A stretch of DNA of 64,000 nt, taken from contig JBJEFO010000128.1 in NCBI GenBank assembly GCA_051874135.1, positions 807 through 64,806 of the forward strand. The letters run 5' to 3'. Of this stretch, positions 24,923 to 35,109 are shown one piece after another. Origin of the DNA: Lysinibacillus sp. (GTDB lineage Bacteria > Bacillota > Bacilli > Bacillales_A > Planococcaceae). Within the stretch, counting starts at the first letter, position 1; the number at the start of each line of letters is the position of its first letter. The position numbers were made by a program, and so were the translations under genes. Under the pieces are notes generated by a model. It saw only the letters and a list, made by a program, of their open reading frames with translations. It had not been told where the DNA came from and did no database searches.

Positions 24923-24950
24923 ACACGCTCATCCTTTCTTTGTTAGTTTT

Positions 24951-25028
24951 ATTGTATCGTGCTTCGTCAATTGTTTCGTTCGTTTTACGTGACAAAAAAA
25001 ACTCGCTACATGACAATTTCGTCACATA
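24951..25028 (-). promoter_or_regulatory. BceR-type binding site and promoter of the BceAB-like operon
   Basis: TGAC-gaaatt-GTCA inverted repeat (25011-25024), a second half-site at 24990-24994, and -10 TACAAT at 24951-24956; resembles the B. subtilis PbceA layout. Confidence 0.75.
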
Positions 25029-26011
25029 CCGAGCAATTTATGATATTCATTTTCGTTCGGGAACTGAATTGTCGCGATTGTTCCTTCCCCTAGCTGTGAC
25101 GTTAATTTCAATTCAAGCCCGAGCTTATTAGCTGCTTGATTCGCTAAATATAATCCCATTCCTGTGGACACCGTTTTTTCTCTCCCTACGGTACCCGTAT
25201 AGGATTTTTGAAAAACGCGCGGTAAGTCTTCTTGTTTAATACCTATTCCAAAATCCTGAATGTGTAACAGCTGATGTCCTCGTTCATCTTGTTCCATAGA
25301 AATGCGTATTTCTGTATTTTCCTCACTATATTTCACCGCATTCGAGAGTAGCTGTCTTATAATAAAGGCAAGCCATTTTGCATCCGATACAACGGTTCCA
25401 TCCACTTCTCCCATTTCAACAGCAAGTCCTTTTTCCAAGCACCAACTACGGAAACCTTGTATTTCTTGAGTAACAATCGGCTGTATTTTTAATTTTTCAA
25501 ACCGGTTGTCCTTTTCTATCGTGGATAATCGTGTTGCATGTAGCCGTTGATCTAGCAGTAAATGTAGACGCATCCATTCAATATCAATTTTTTCCCGCAA
25601 TGTATACGGCTCAATTTGCTCATACATCAATCTCATAGCCGTCATCGGTGATTTCATTTCGTGTACCCATGCTAATATATCATCATGTTCCTCTAAACGG
25701 GCAATGTTCACCTCGTTTAACGATTGTTGTATCTTTGATAACTCCTGTTCATACTGCTCATTCAGCTTTTCAAAATAGATTGGAGTTGAATCCACTGCCT
25801 CTCCCTTTAAAAGCTTATGTAACACATTTCCTTCTCTTTTATAACGCCAAATTAAAAAGCTGAAAAAAAGTAAAATTTGAATCAAATTAATATAAAAGAT
25901 TGAAACGCTCTCAAGCCCTTCATCAATATAAAAAATTATATTTGAAGAAATTTGTAATACAATAAAGAATAAAATCCACGAGCGATTTTGCTTTAAAAAT
26001 AAATAAATCAT
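25022..26011 (-). CDS. BceS/GraS-like intramembrane-sensing histidine kinase
   Basis: Two adjacent N-terminal TM helices, WVHEMKSPMT H-box, SNAVKYS, DFGIGI, STGMGLY. Confidence 0.93.
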   Translation of the reverse strand: MIYLFLKQNRSWILFFIVLQISSNIIFYIDEGLESVSIFYINLIQILLFFSFLIWRYKREGNVLHKLLKGEAVDSTPIYFEKLNEQYEQELSKIQQSLNEVNIARLEEHDDILAWVHEMKSPMTAMRLMYEQIEPYTLREKIDIEWMRLHLLLDQRLHATRLSTIEKDNRFEKLKIQPIVTQEIQGFRSWCLEKGLAVEMGEVDGTVVSDAKWLAFIIRQLLSNAVKYSEENTEIRISMEQDERGHQLLHIQDFGIGIKQEDLPRVFQKSYTGTVGREKTVSTGMGLYLANQAANKLGLELKLTSQLGEGTIATIQFPNENEYHKLLGM

Positions 26012-26691
26012 TTCTCCACCGCCATATAACCCAAACCTTTCTTCGTTACAATCACGTCTTTTAAACCAATCTCATCAAGACGTTGGCGTAATCGGTTTAC
26101 GTTTACCGTTAATGTATTATCGTTGACGAATCGTTCATCATCCCACAATCTTCTCATTAATTCATCTCGTGATACAATTTGACCACTTGATTTGAGCAAC
26201 ACTTTCAATATAAATAATTCATTTTTTGTTAACTCAATTTGCTTGCCATTGTAATCAACTGTCGCACGATCATAATCAATTGTTGCACCATTCCATCGAA
26301 GAATTTCGATTGGTTGTTCTTTATAATCATAAACGCGACGAAGTAATGCCTGTACTTTAGCAAGCAGTACTTCCATATGAAAAGGCTTTTGCACAAAATC
26401 ATCTGCGCCCATCTGCATAGCCATCACCATATCCATCGGGTGATCTCGTGATGATAAGAACAGAATCGGCACCTTTGAAATTGCGCGAATCTCTCTACAC
26501 CAGTGAAACCCATCAAACACTGGTAACTGAATATCAATAATGACAAGCTGCGGCTGCTCCTTCAGAAAATCATCCATTACGTGATGAAAATCGGCTGGCC
26601 CTATTACATCAATCGTCCATTGTGCGAAACGTTCCTTAATAACTTCAAAAATGGATACATCATCTTCTATCAAATAGACTTTCACATCCAT
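26008..26691 (-). CDS. BceR/GraR-like OmpR-family response regulator
   Basis: IDIQLPVFDGFHWC, GADDFVQKPF, DNTLTVNVNRLR; start set to MDVKVY. Confidence 0.93.
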   Translation of the reverse strand: MDVKVYLIEDDVSIFEVIKERFAQWTIDVIGPADFHHVMDDFLKEQPQLVIIDIQLPVFDGFHWCREIRAISKVPILFLSSRDHPMDMVMAMQMGADDFVQKPFHMEVLLAKVQALLRRVYDYKEQPIEILRWNGATIDYDRATVDYNGKQIELTKNELFILKVLLKSSGQIVSRDELMRRLWDDERFVNDNTLTVNVNRLRQRLDEIGLKDVIVTKKGLGYMAVEK

Positions 26692-26872
26692 CGCCCCTTC
26701 AACAAAATATATATCTATTTCATTATACACTTCCTATAACTTGTCCATAGCTATGAACAGCTCTGTGACACCGAACATTAATTCCAAAGTTTTCTAATTA
26801 ATTGTATAATAATTTTATACGAAACGTGATTTATATTTAATTTGTTTCATTTTCATAAAGGGGGGTCTTGTT

Positions 26873-27760
26873 TTGGATATTCGCCAAATTGAATATTTTG
26901 CAGAGGTTGCGAAGCATTTAAGCTTCACAAAAGCAGCTTCCACTTTACACGTATCGCAGCCTTCTATTAGTAAAGCGATTCAAAATTTAGAGGCAGAGCT
27001 AGGCGTCCCTTTATTCTACCGATCTTCTAAACGGCTAGAACTGACAGACGCTGGACAAGCTGTATTAGTCAATGCGAAGCAAGTATTAGAGGCATTTAAA
27101 AATATACGCTCAGAATTAACGGATTTAATGGATTTAAAGAAGGGGCAAATCCGTATCGGCATTCCACCAATTGTCGGTGCAGAGTTTTTCACAAAATTAG
27201 TTAGTCAGTATAAGGAACAACATCCTTATATAGAGATTGTTTTATCAGAAGTTGGGACAAAAAAAATTCGCCAAGGTGTAGAAGCTGGCGAATTAGATAT
27301 CGGGCTTATTTGTAATTTATGCATTGCAAATGAACAGTTAGAAGCAATTAGCATATTAAAAGATCCGTTAATGTTAATTGTCCATCAAAATCATCCGCTT
27401 GCGAATCGCCCTTTCGTAAAAATGGCCGAGTTGGAGAAAGAAACATTTGTTATTTACCGAAAAGATTTCACGTTATATGATCGCATCATTGAAGAATGCT
27501 CAAAAAATGGCTTCTTCCCTGCTATTGCCTGTGAAACATCTCAAAAGGATTTAATTATCGAGATGGTTGCAGCAAAGCTTGGTGTTGCATTACTGCCGAA
27601 AAAAATTTGTGAGAAAATAAAAGATGAACCTATTATTGCAATTCCCTTTGATGAAGAACATATCTTTTTAGAATTAGGAATGGCATGGAAAAAAAATAAG
27701 TATTTATCATATGCTGTACGGGAATTTATTGAACTTGGTCATCGTTTTATATCATCTTAA
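26873..27760 (+). CDS. LysR-family regulator (CidR/YwbI-like)
   Basis: N-terminal HTH SFTKAASTLHVSQPSISKAI, GQIRIGIPP; TTG start. Confidence 0.92.
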   Translation: MDIRQIEYFAEVAKHLSFTKAASTLHVSQPSISKAIQNLEAELGVPLFYRSSKRLELTDAGQAVLVNAKQVLEAFKNIRSELTDLMDLKKGQIRIGIPPIVGAEFFTKLVSQYKEQHPYIEIVLSEVGTKKIRQGVEAGELDIGLICNLCIANEQLEAISILKDPLMLIVHQNHPLANRPFVKMAELEKETFVIYRKDFTLYDRIIEECSKNGFFPAIACETSQKDLIIEMVAAKLGVALLPKKICEKIKDEPIIAIPFDEEHIFLELGMAWKKNKYLSYAVREFIELGHRFISS

Positions 27761-27763
27761 AAG

Positions 27764-27800
27764 AAATGCCACATCTCAAATCGACGAGATGTGGCATTTT
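27764..27800. terminator. Bidirectional terminator between the LysR gene and glcB
   Basis: Perfect 14-bp stem aaatgccacatctc/gagatgtggcattt. Confidence 0.8.
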
Positions 27801-27812
27801 ATAATAGAAGGT

Positions 27813-29996
27813 TTACGCGTTTACTGCACTACCGTATTTTGCTTTTGCCTCTAAACGTTTTTTGTGTAAGATTGGCTCTGTATAACCGTTTGGTTGATCG
27901 TAGCCTTTGAATACTAAATCACACGCCGCTTGGAATGCCACTGAGTCAGCAAAGTTTGGTGCCATTGGACGGTATTCTGCATCACCTGCATTTTGCTCAT
28001 CTACAACTTTTGCCATACGTTTCATCGTTTCTAACACTTGCTCTTCTGTACAAATGCCATGGTGTAACCAGTTTGCTACGTGCTGGCTTGAAATACGTAA
28101 CGTTGCACGGTCTTCCATTAAACCTATATTGTTAATATCCGGTACTTTTGAACAACCTACACCTTGCTCTACCCAACGTACAACGTATCCTAAAATACCT
28201 TGTGCATTGTTATCAAGCTCCTGTTGGATTTCCTCAGCACTCCAATCTGTTGTTGGTGAAACTGGTACTTGTAAAATTGCATCTGTGAAATCTTCTGAGC
28301 TAAATAAACCTTGTTGTACTTGCTTTACATTTACTTGATGATAATGTGTTGCATGCAATGTTGCCGCTGTTGGTGATGGTACCCAAGCTGTATTCGCACC
28401 TGCTTGAGGATGACCGATTTTTTGCTTTAACATTTCTGCCATTAAATCTGGCATTGCCCACATACCTTTACCGATTTGAGCACGACCTTGTAAGCCTGCA
28501 TCTAAACCTACAACTACATTTGCTTTTTCATAAGCTGTTAACCATGTCGAAGTTTTCATTTCACCTTTACGAATCATAGGACCAGCTTCCATTGATGTAT
28601 GAATTTCATCACCTGTGCGATCTAGGAATCCAGTGTTAATGAATACCACACGCTCTTGTACTTCTTTAATACACGCTTTTAAGTTTAGTGATGTACGGCG
28701 TTCTTCATCCATTACACCGATTTTTAATGTGTTACGCTCTAAACCAATTAAGTCTTCCACACGTGCAAATAATTCGTTGGCAAATGCCACTTCCGCTGAC
28801 CCATGCATTTTTGGTTTTACGATGTAAACAGAACCTTTTTGAGAGTTTTTATATTGTCCATTGCCTAACAGTTCATGCTTCGCAATTAAGCTTGTAATAA
28901 CACCATCTAGAATACCTTCTGGCACTTCATTACCGTCTTTATCTAAAATAGCGCTATTAGTCATTAAGTGCCCAACGTTACGTACAAACATTAATGAACG
29001 ACCAGGTAATGTTACTTGTTCACCATTTACACCTGTGTAAGTGCGGTCTGGATTTAATGTACGCGTTAATGTTTTATTGCCTTTTGTAAATTCTGCAGAT
29101 AAATCGCCTTTCATTAACCCTAACCAGTTTGTATAAACTAACACTTTATCCTCTGCATCAACAGCTGCTACTGAATCTTCACAGTCCATAATTGTTGTCA
29201 CAGCAGATTCTAATACAATATCCTTCACACCTGCTGCATCTGTTTTACCGATTGGATGCTCACGATCGATTAAAATCTCGATGTGCAAGTCATTGTTTTT
29301 TAATAATACTAATGTTGGCTCCTCTGCCGAACCATTATAACCTACTAACTTTGCTTCATCCTCAAGCCCTGTTACATTACCATTCGATAATGTCGCCACT
29401 AATTTGCCCGCTTCAATTGCGTATTTCACAACGTCCGCATGTTTAGCATCTTTTAATGAAGCGGCTTGATCTAATACATTTTTTGAATACGCAATTACTT
29501 TATCTCCGCGTACCGGATTATAGCCTTTGCCTTTTTCAGCGCCATCTTCTTCACTAATTGCATCTGTACCGTATAATGCATCATATAAGCTACCCCAACG
29601 TGCATTGGCAGCATTGATCGCATAACGTGCGTTATTAATTGGTACTACTAATTGTGGACCAGCTTGCAGTGCAATTGCATCATCTACATTTTCTGTTGAT
29701 ACTTTAAATGGCTCTACTTTCGGCTCAAGGTAACCGATTTCCTCTAAAAATGATTTATATGCAGCAAAATCAGCATTGCCTTTGTTTTCTTTGTGCCATG
29801 CATTGATTTGTTCTTGTAATTCATCTCGACGTGCTAATAACGCTTTGTTTTTCGGTGCTAACTCATGAATTAAAGCATCAAATCCACCCCAGAATTGCGC
29901 TTGTTCTACACCTGTATCAGGTAATACTTTTGAGTTAACGAAGTCATGTAGTACTTTAGCTACGCGTAAATTACCTACTTGAATATAATTTGACAT
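27813..29996 (-). CDS. glcB: Malate synthase G
   Basis: [63 protein letters not shown]; start at MSNYIQ. Confidence 0.97.
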   Translation of the reverse strand: MSNYIQVGNLRVAKVLHDFVNSKVLPDTGVEQAQFWGGFDALIHELAPKNKALLARRDELQEQINAWHKENKGNADFAAYKSFLEEIGYLEPKVEPFKVSTENVDDAIALQAGPQLVVPINNARYAINAANARWGSLYDALYGTDAISEEDGAEKGKGYNPVRGDKVIAYSKNVLDQAASLKDAKHADVVKYAIEAGKLVATLSNGNVTGLEDEAKLVGYNGSAEEPTLVLLKNNDLHIEILIDREHPIGKTDAAGVKDIVLESAVTTIMDCEDSVAAVDAEDKVLVYTNWLGLMKGDLSAEFTKGNKTLTRTLNPDRTYTGVNGEQVTLPGRSLMFVRNVGHLMTNSAILDKDGNEVPEGILDGVITSLIAKHELLGNGQYKNSQKGSVYIVKPKMHGSAEVAFANELFARVEDLIGLERNTLKIGVMDEERRTSLNLKACIKEVQERVVFINTGFLDRTGDEIHTSMEAGPMIRKGEMKTSTWLTAYEKANVVVGLDAGLQGRAQIGKGMWAMPDLMAEMLKQKIGHPQAGANTAWVPSPTAATLHATHYHQVNVKQVQQGLFSSEDFTDAILQVPVSPTTDWSAEEIQQELDNNAQGILGYVVRWVEQGVGCSKVPDINNIGLMEDRATLRISSQHVANWLHHGICTEEQVLETMKRMAKVVDEQNAGDAEYRPMAPNFADSVAFQAACDLVFKGYDQPNGYTEPILHKKRLEAKAKYGSAVNA

Positions 29997-30056
29997 GAAT
30001 ATAATCCCCCTATTTAATAACTGATTATTCGAAGCCATCCTCTAATCACTCGAAAG

Positions 30057-30071
30057 AATTTTCAGACAACT
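30057..30071. promoter_or_regulatory. Putative CodY box upstream of glcB
   Basis: aattttcagacaact versus consensus AATTTTCWGAAAATT (2 mismatches). Confidence 0.45.
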
Positions 30072-30162
30072 ATCCCCTTACAGTTATTATAATAGTATAA
30101 TAGGGTATAAATAAAATACATATATCGAATAATCATTATGCCATTTAGTTATATTTGAATAT

Positions 30163-30198
30163 AAAAAAACATCTCACAAGCGTCCCTGTGAGATGTTT
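30163..30198 (-). terminator. tuf terminator
   Basis: aaacatctcaca/tgtgagatgttt stem plus an A-run. Confidence 0.8.
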
Positions 30199-30218
30199 AG
30201 AATTAGCCTAAGCTAAAA

Positions 30219-31406
30219 TTATTTTTGGATAGAAGCAACTACGCCAGCGCCTACAGTACGGCCACCCTCACGGATAGAGAATTTAGTACCTTCTTCAAGA
30301 GCGATTGGAGCGATTAATTCTACAGTCATTTCGATGTTATCGCCAGGCATTACCATTTCAACGCCTTCTGGTAACATACAAATACCAGTTACGTCAGTTG
30401 TACGGAAGTAGAACTGAGGACGGTAGTTAGAGAAGAATGGAGTGTGACGTCCACCCTCTTCTTTTGATAAAACGTAAACTTCAGCTTTGAAGTTTGTGTG
30501 TGGGTTGATTGAACCTGGTTTAGCTAATACTTGACCACGTTCGATTTCATCACGAGAAACACCACGAAGTAGTGCACCGATGTTGTCACCAGCTTCAGCA
30601 TAGTCAAGAAGCTTACGGAACATTTCTACACCAGTTACAGTTGTTGATTTAGCTTCTTCAGCAAGACCTACGATCTCAACAACGTCACCAACTTTAACTT
30701 GTCCACGCTCAACACGACCTGTAGCAACAGTACCACGACCAGTGATTGAGAATACGTCCTCAACTGGCATCATGAATGGTTTGTCAGTGTCACGAGTTGG
30801 AGTTGGGATGTATTCGTCAACTGCAGCCATAAGCTCGTTGATTTTTTCTTCCCACTCAGCTTCTCCTTCAAGAGCTTTAAGAGCAGAACCTTTGATTACA
30901 GGGATATCATCGCCTGGGAAGTCGTACTCAGAAAGTAGGTCACGGATTTCCATTTCTACTAATTCAAGTAACTCTTCGTCATCAACCATATCACATTTGT
31001 TCATGAATACTACTAAGTAAGGTACACCTACTTGACGAGATAATAAGATGTGCTCACGAGTTTGTGGCATTGGGCCGTCAGCAGCAGATACTACTAAGAT
31101 ACCGCCGTCCATTTGAGCAGCACCAGTGATCATGTTTTTAACATAGTCAGCGTGTCCTGGGCAGTCAACGTGCGCATAGTGACGTTTGTCAGTTTCATAC
31201 TCTACGTGAGAAGTATTGATTGTAATACCACGCTCTTTTTCTTCTGGAGCGTTATCGATGTCAGCGTAAGATTTAGCTTCGCCACCCATTTTTTTAGATA
31301 ATACTGTTGCGATAGCAGCAGTTAAAGTTGTTTTACCATGGTCAACGTGTCCGATTGTACCAATGTTAGCATGCGTTTTCGAACGGTCAAATTTTTCCTT
31401 AGCCAT
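30219..31406 (-). CDS. tuf: Elongation factor Tu
   Basis: [25 protein letters not shown]. Confidence 0.99.
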   Translation of the reverse strand: MAKEKFDRSKTHANIGTIGHVDHGKTTLTAAIATVLSKKMGGEAKSYADIDNAPEEKERGITINTSHVEYETDKRHYAHVDCPGHADYVKNMITGAAQMDGGILVVSAADGPMPQTREHILLSRQVGVPYLVVFMNKCDMVDDEELLELVEMEIRDLLSEYDFPGDDIPVIKGSALKALEGEAEWEEKINELMAAVDEYIPTPTRDTDKPFMMPVEDVFSITGRGTVATGRVERGQVKVGDVVEIVGLAEEAKSTTVTGVEMFRKLLDYAEAGDNIGALLRGVSRDEIERGQVLAKPGSINPHTNFKAEVYVLSKEEGGRHTPFFSNYRPQFYFRTTDVTGICMLPEGVEMVMPGDNIEMTVELIAPIALEEGTKFSIREGGRTVGAGVVASIQK

Positions 31407-31457
31407 TAGAGAAAGCCTCCTAAATATGTGTTTTAATTTTTTTTTATGTTATAACTG

Positions 31458-31536
31458 CTGGCTCGAACCGGGCCCAGTCGAGCCAGTCAATCATAGCTTA
31501 CAAATTAGTTATACTTTATGCAAGATGAAATTTCAA
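31458..31536 (-). promoter_or_regulatory. Internal tuf promoter(s) and 5' hairpin
   Basis: TTGAAA-17-TATAAC (31508-31536) and TTGCAT-17-TAAGCT (31495-31523); GC hairpin ctggctcga/tcgagccag at 31458-31486. Confidence 0.55.
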
Positions 31537-33618
31537 TTATTCACCTTTATTTTTTTTGATGATATCTTCTGCAATTGATTTAGGTACTTCTTCATAGTGA
31601 TCGAACACCATTGAGAATGTACCGCGACCTTGTGTTGCAGAACGTAAAGTTGTAGCATATCCGAACATTTCAGATAGTGGAACCATAGCGCGTACTACTT
31701 GAGAGTTACCGCGAGCTTCCATACCCTCTACGCGACCGCGACGAGCAGTAATGTTACCCATGATATCACCAAGGTACTCTTCTGGAATTACAACTTCTAC
31801 TTTCATCATTGGCTCTAAAATAACTGGGCTACATTTAGATGCAGCAGCTTTTAGTGCCATAGAAGCAGCGATTTTGAACGCCATTTCGTTTGAGTCAACA
31901 TCATGGTAAGAACCATCGAATAATTTCGCTTTGATGTCGATTAATGGGTAACCAGCAACTACACCGCGGTCAAGCGAGTCACGAAGACCTGCTTCAACTG
32001 CTGGAATGTATTCACGTGGAACTACACCACCAACGATAGCATTTTCAAATTCAAAACCTTTACCCTCTTCATTTGGAGAGAACTCGATCCATACGTCACC
32101 GTATTGACCACGACCACCTGATTGACGAGTAAATTTACCTTGAACTTGGGCAGAACCACGGAATGTTTCACGGTAAGATACCATTGGCGCACCAACGTTA
32201 CATTCAACTTTGAACTCACGTTTCATACGGTCAACAAGGATGTCTAAGTGTAACTCACCCATACCAGAGATGATTGTTTGACCAGTCTCTTGGTCTGTAT
32301 GAGCACGGAATGTTGGATCTTCTTCTTGAAGTTTTTGTAAAGCTTGACCCATTTTGTCTTGGTCAGCTTTTGATTTTGGTTCTACAGATAAAGAGATAAC
32401 TGGCTCTGGGAATTCCATAGACTCTAGGATAACAAGGTTTTTCTCGTCACATAGAGTGTCACCAGTAGTAGTATCTTTAAGACCTACAGCAGCAGCGATG
32501 TCACCAGCGAATACTTTAGAAATTTCTTCACGGCTGTTCGCGTGCATTTGAAGGATACGACCTACACGTTCACGTTTACCTTTTGTAGAGTTTTGTACGT
32601 ATGAACCTGAATCAAGGATACCAGAGTACACACGGAAGAACGTTAATTTACCTACGAATGGGTCAGTCATAACTTTGAATGCTAAAGCTGCGAATGGCTC
32701 GTCGTCTGATGATTTACGTTCTAATTCTTCATCACCGTCAACAGAAGTACCTTTAATTGCTGGTACATCTACTGGAGATGGTAAGTAGTCGATAACTGCA
32801 TCTAACATTTTACGAACACCTTTGTGTTTGAATGCAGTACCGCAGATTACTGGGTAGAATTGTACAGCGATAGTTGCTTTACGGATAGCCGCTTTAAGCT
32901 CTTCTTTTGTAATTTCTTCACCAGCAAAGTATTTTTCCATGATTTCTTCGTCAACTTCAGCAATCGCTTCAATTAACTTTTCACGGTATTCTTCAGCTTG
33001 TGCTTGATATTCTTCAGGAATCGCTTCGCCTTCACGTAATGCTGTACCTTCTTCGTTATCGTAGTAAGTTACAGTCATTTCGATTAAGTCGATGATTGCT
33101 TTGAACTCGTCTTCAGCACCGATTGGTAATTGGATTGGGTGTGCGTTTGCTTGTAAACGCTCGTGTAGAGTACCTACAGAGTATAAGAAGTCTGCACCCA
33201 TTTTATCCATTTTATTGATAAATACGATACGTGGTACGCCGTAAGTTGTTGCTTGACGCCATACTGTTTCAGTTTGAGGCTCAACACCAGATTGAGCATC
33301 AAGTACTGTTACCGCACCATCAAGTACACGTAATGAACGTTCTACTTCTACAGTGAAGTCTACGTGTCCTGGAGTATCGATGATGTTTACGCGGTTGCCT
33401 TTCCATTGAGCTGTTGTCGCAGCAGAAGTGATTGTAATACCACGTTCTTGCTCTTGCTCCATCCAGTCCATTTGAGAAGCACCTTCGTGAGTTTCACCAA
33501 TTTTATGAATCTTACCAGTGTAATAAAGGATACGCTCTGTTGTTGTTGTTTTACCAGCATCAATGTGAGCCATGATCCCAATATTACGTGTATTCTCTAA
33601 TGAGAATTCGCGTTTCAT
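31537..33618 (-). CDS. fusA: Elongation factor G
   Basis: [26 protein letters not shown]. Confidence 0.99.
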   Translation of the reverse strand: MKREFSLENTRNIGIMAHIDAGKTTTTERILYYTGKIHKIGETHEGASQMDWMEQEQERGITITSAATTAQWKGNRVNIIDTPGHVDFTVEVERSLRVLDGAVTVLDAQSGVEPQTETVWRQATTYGVPRIVFINKMDKMGADFLYSVGTLHERLQANAHPIQLPIGAEDEFKAIIDLIEMTVTYYDNEEGTALREGEAIPEEYQAQAEEYREKLIEAIAEVDEEIMEKYFAGEEITKEELKAAIRKATIAVQFYPVICGTAFKHKGVRKMLDAVIDYLPSPVDVPAIKGTSVDGDEELERKSSDDEPFAALAFKVMTDPFVGKLTFFRVYSGILDSGSYVQNSTKGKRERVGRILQMHANSREEISKVFAGDIAAAVGLKDTTTGDTLCDEKNLVILESMEFPEPVISLSVEPKSKADQDKMGQALQKLQEEDPTFRAHTDQETGQTIISGMGELHLDILVDRMKREFKVECNVGAPMVSYRETFRGSAQVQGKFTRQSGGRGQYGDVWIEFSPNEEGKGFEFENAIVGGVVPREYIPAVEAGLRDSLDRGVVAGYPLIDIKAKLFDGSYHDVDSNEMAFKIAASMALKAAASKCSPVILEPMMKVEVVIPEEYLGDIMGNITARRGRVEGMEARGNSQVVRAMVPLSEMFGYATTLRSATQGRGTFSMVFDHYEEVPKSIAEDIIKKNKGE

Positions 33619-33695
33619 AGGAAATTTCTCCTTCCATATTGGGTTAAAACTTTTAAGTAAAATCTAAGCCCTAGCAAGCTAGAGCATAGATGGAA

Positions 33696-34166
33696 TTACC
33701 AACGGTAGTGAGCGAATGCTTTGTTCGCTTCTGCCATTTTGTGCATATCTTCACGTTTCTTAACTGAAGCACCAGTGTTGTTAGAAGCGTCTAAAATTTC
33801 GTTAGCTAAACGCTCTTCCATTGTTTTCTCACCACGTAGACGAGAATAGTTCACTAAGTAGCGAAGACCTAAAGTTGTACGGCGTTCTGGACGAACTTCA
33901 ACCGGTACTTGGTAGTTAGAACCACCAACACGGCGAGCACGTACTTCAAGAACTGGCATTACGTTGTTTAATGCCGCTTCGAATACTTCTAGAGGATCTT
34001 GACCTGAACGTTCTTTAACTAATTCGAACGCACCGTATAAAATCTTTTGAGAAGTACCTTTTTTACCGTCAATCATCATTTTATTAACTAAACGAGTTAC
34101 TAATTTTGAATTATAAATTGGATCTGGTAACACGTCACGTTTGGAAACAGGACCTTTACGAGGCAT
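33696..34166 (-). CDS. rpsG: 30S ribosomal protein S7
   Basis: [21 protein letters not shown]. Confidence 0.99.
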   Translation of the reverse strand: MPRKGPVSKRDVLPDPIYNSKLVTRLVNKMMIDGKKGTSQKILYGAFELVKERSGQDPLEVFEAALNNVMPVLEVRARRVGGSNYQVPVEVRPERRTTLGLRYLVNYSRLRGEKTMEERLANEILDASNNTGASVKKREDMHKMAEANKAFAHYRW

Positions 34167-34216
34167 GTGTTTTCCTCCTTTCAGATGAATATCTATTTTA
34201 GAATTTTAAATTTAAA

Positions 34217-34636
34217 TTATTTTTTCTCTTTTGGACGTTTTGTACCATATAGAGAACGAGATTGCATACGGCCGTTTACACCAGCAGTGTCAAGAGCACC
34301 ACGAACGATGTGATAACGAACCCCTGGTAAGTCTTTTACACGACCGCCACGGATAAGAACAACACTGTGCTCTTGTAAGTTGTGGCCTTCACCTGGGATG
34401 TACGCAGTAACCTCGATTTGGTTAGTTAAACGTACACGAGCGTATTTACGTAACGCTGAGTTAGGTTTTTTAGGCGTCATAGTACCTACACGAGTACAAA
34501 CACCACGTTTTTGTGGAGATTTAACATCAGTTAAAGATTTTTTAAATGAGTTATATCCTTTATTTAACGCTGGTGAGTTTGATTTCGTGATTTTAGATTT
34601 ACGAGGCTTACGTACCAATTGGTTAATTGTAGGCAT
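34217..34636 (-). CDS. rpsL: 30S ribosomal protein S12
   Basis: [17 protein letters not shown]. Confidence 0.99.
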   Translation of the reverse strand: MPTINQLVRKPRKSKITKSNSPALNKGYNSFKKSLTDVKSPQKRGVCTRVGTMTPKKPNSALRKYARVRLTNQIEVTAYIPGEGHNLQEHSVVLIRGGRVKDLPGVRYHIVRGALDTAGVNGRMQSRSLYGTKRPKEKK

Positions 34637-34668
34637 CGATTTTTCCTCCCTTCATTGAATCCTTTAAT

Positions 34669-34692
34669 ACCACACATCCAGGTGGTTCATTT
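34669..34692 (-). promoter_or_regulatory. Conserved hairpin element upstream of rpsL
   Basis: aaatgaaccacctggatgtgtggt, a motif I recall before rpsL in Bacillales. Confidence 0.5.
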
Positions 34693-34732
34693 TTTGGGTA
34701 AAAACAAAGTCTTTGTGCCAATAACACAAAAA

Positions 34733-34984
34733 CTACATCGCAGTAATCGCAACAACCGCAGCTCCAACTTGAATGCCGCAAGCTTCCCCAAGTTCTTTCT
34801 TTGACTCGACGAGATGAACTGGTATCCCGATTTCTTTCGCGAGAAGAATGGCCGGATCGGTTACCCAACTGTCTGCATCCAGTGCGACAAAAACTTCGGT
34901 CACTTGTCCAGCACGCATCGCTTTCACTGCTTGCTTTGTACCTATGATTGTTTTACTAGCCTGTTTTACTTTATCATAAGACAT
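34733..34984 (-). CDS. ybxF: L7Ae-family RNA-binding protein YbxF
   Basis: [27 protein letters not shown]; lies between rpoC and rpsL; start chosen by SD spacing. Confidence 0.93.
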   Translation of the reverse strand: MSYDKVKQASKTIIGTKQAVKAMRAGQVTEVFVALDADSWVTDPAILLAKEIGIPVHLVESKKELGEACGIQVGAAVVAITAM

Positions 34985-35029
34985 TTTCATATCCTCCGAA
35001 GTACAGACAGTTAACTATCAACCTTGAAT

Positions 35030-35058
35030 ATATTATCATTACCAATTTCAACTGTCAA
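35030..35058 (-). promoter_or_regulatory. sigma-A promoter of ybxF-rpsL-rpsG-fusA-tuf
   Basis: TTGACA-17 nt-TAATAT with extended TG. Confidence 0.75.
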
Positions 35059-35072
35059 CTAATATCTTTAAA

Positions 35073-35102
35073 AATTCCGGGTAAGGGATGCTTACCCGGA
35101 AT
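35073..35102 (-). terminator. rpoC terminator
   Basis: attccgggtaag/cttacccggaat stem. Confidence 0.75.
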
Positions 35103-35109
35103 CTATTAC

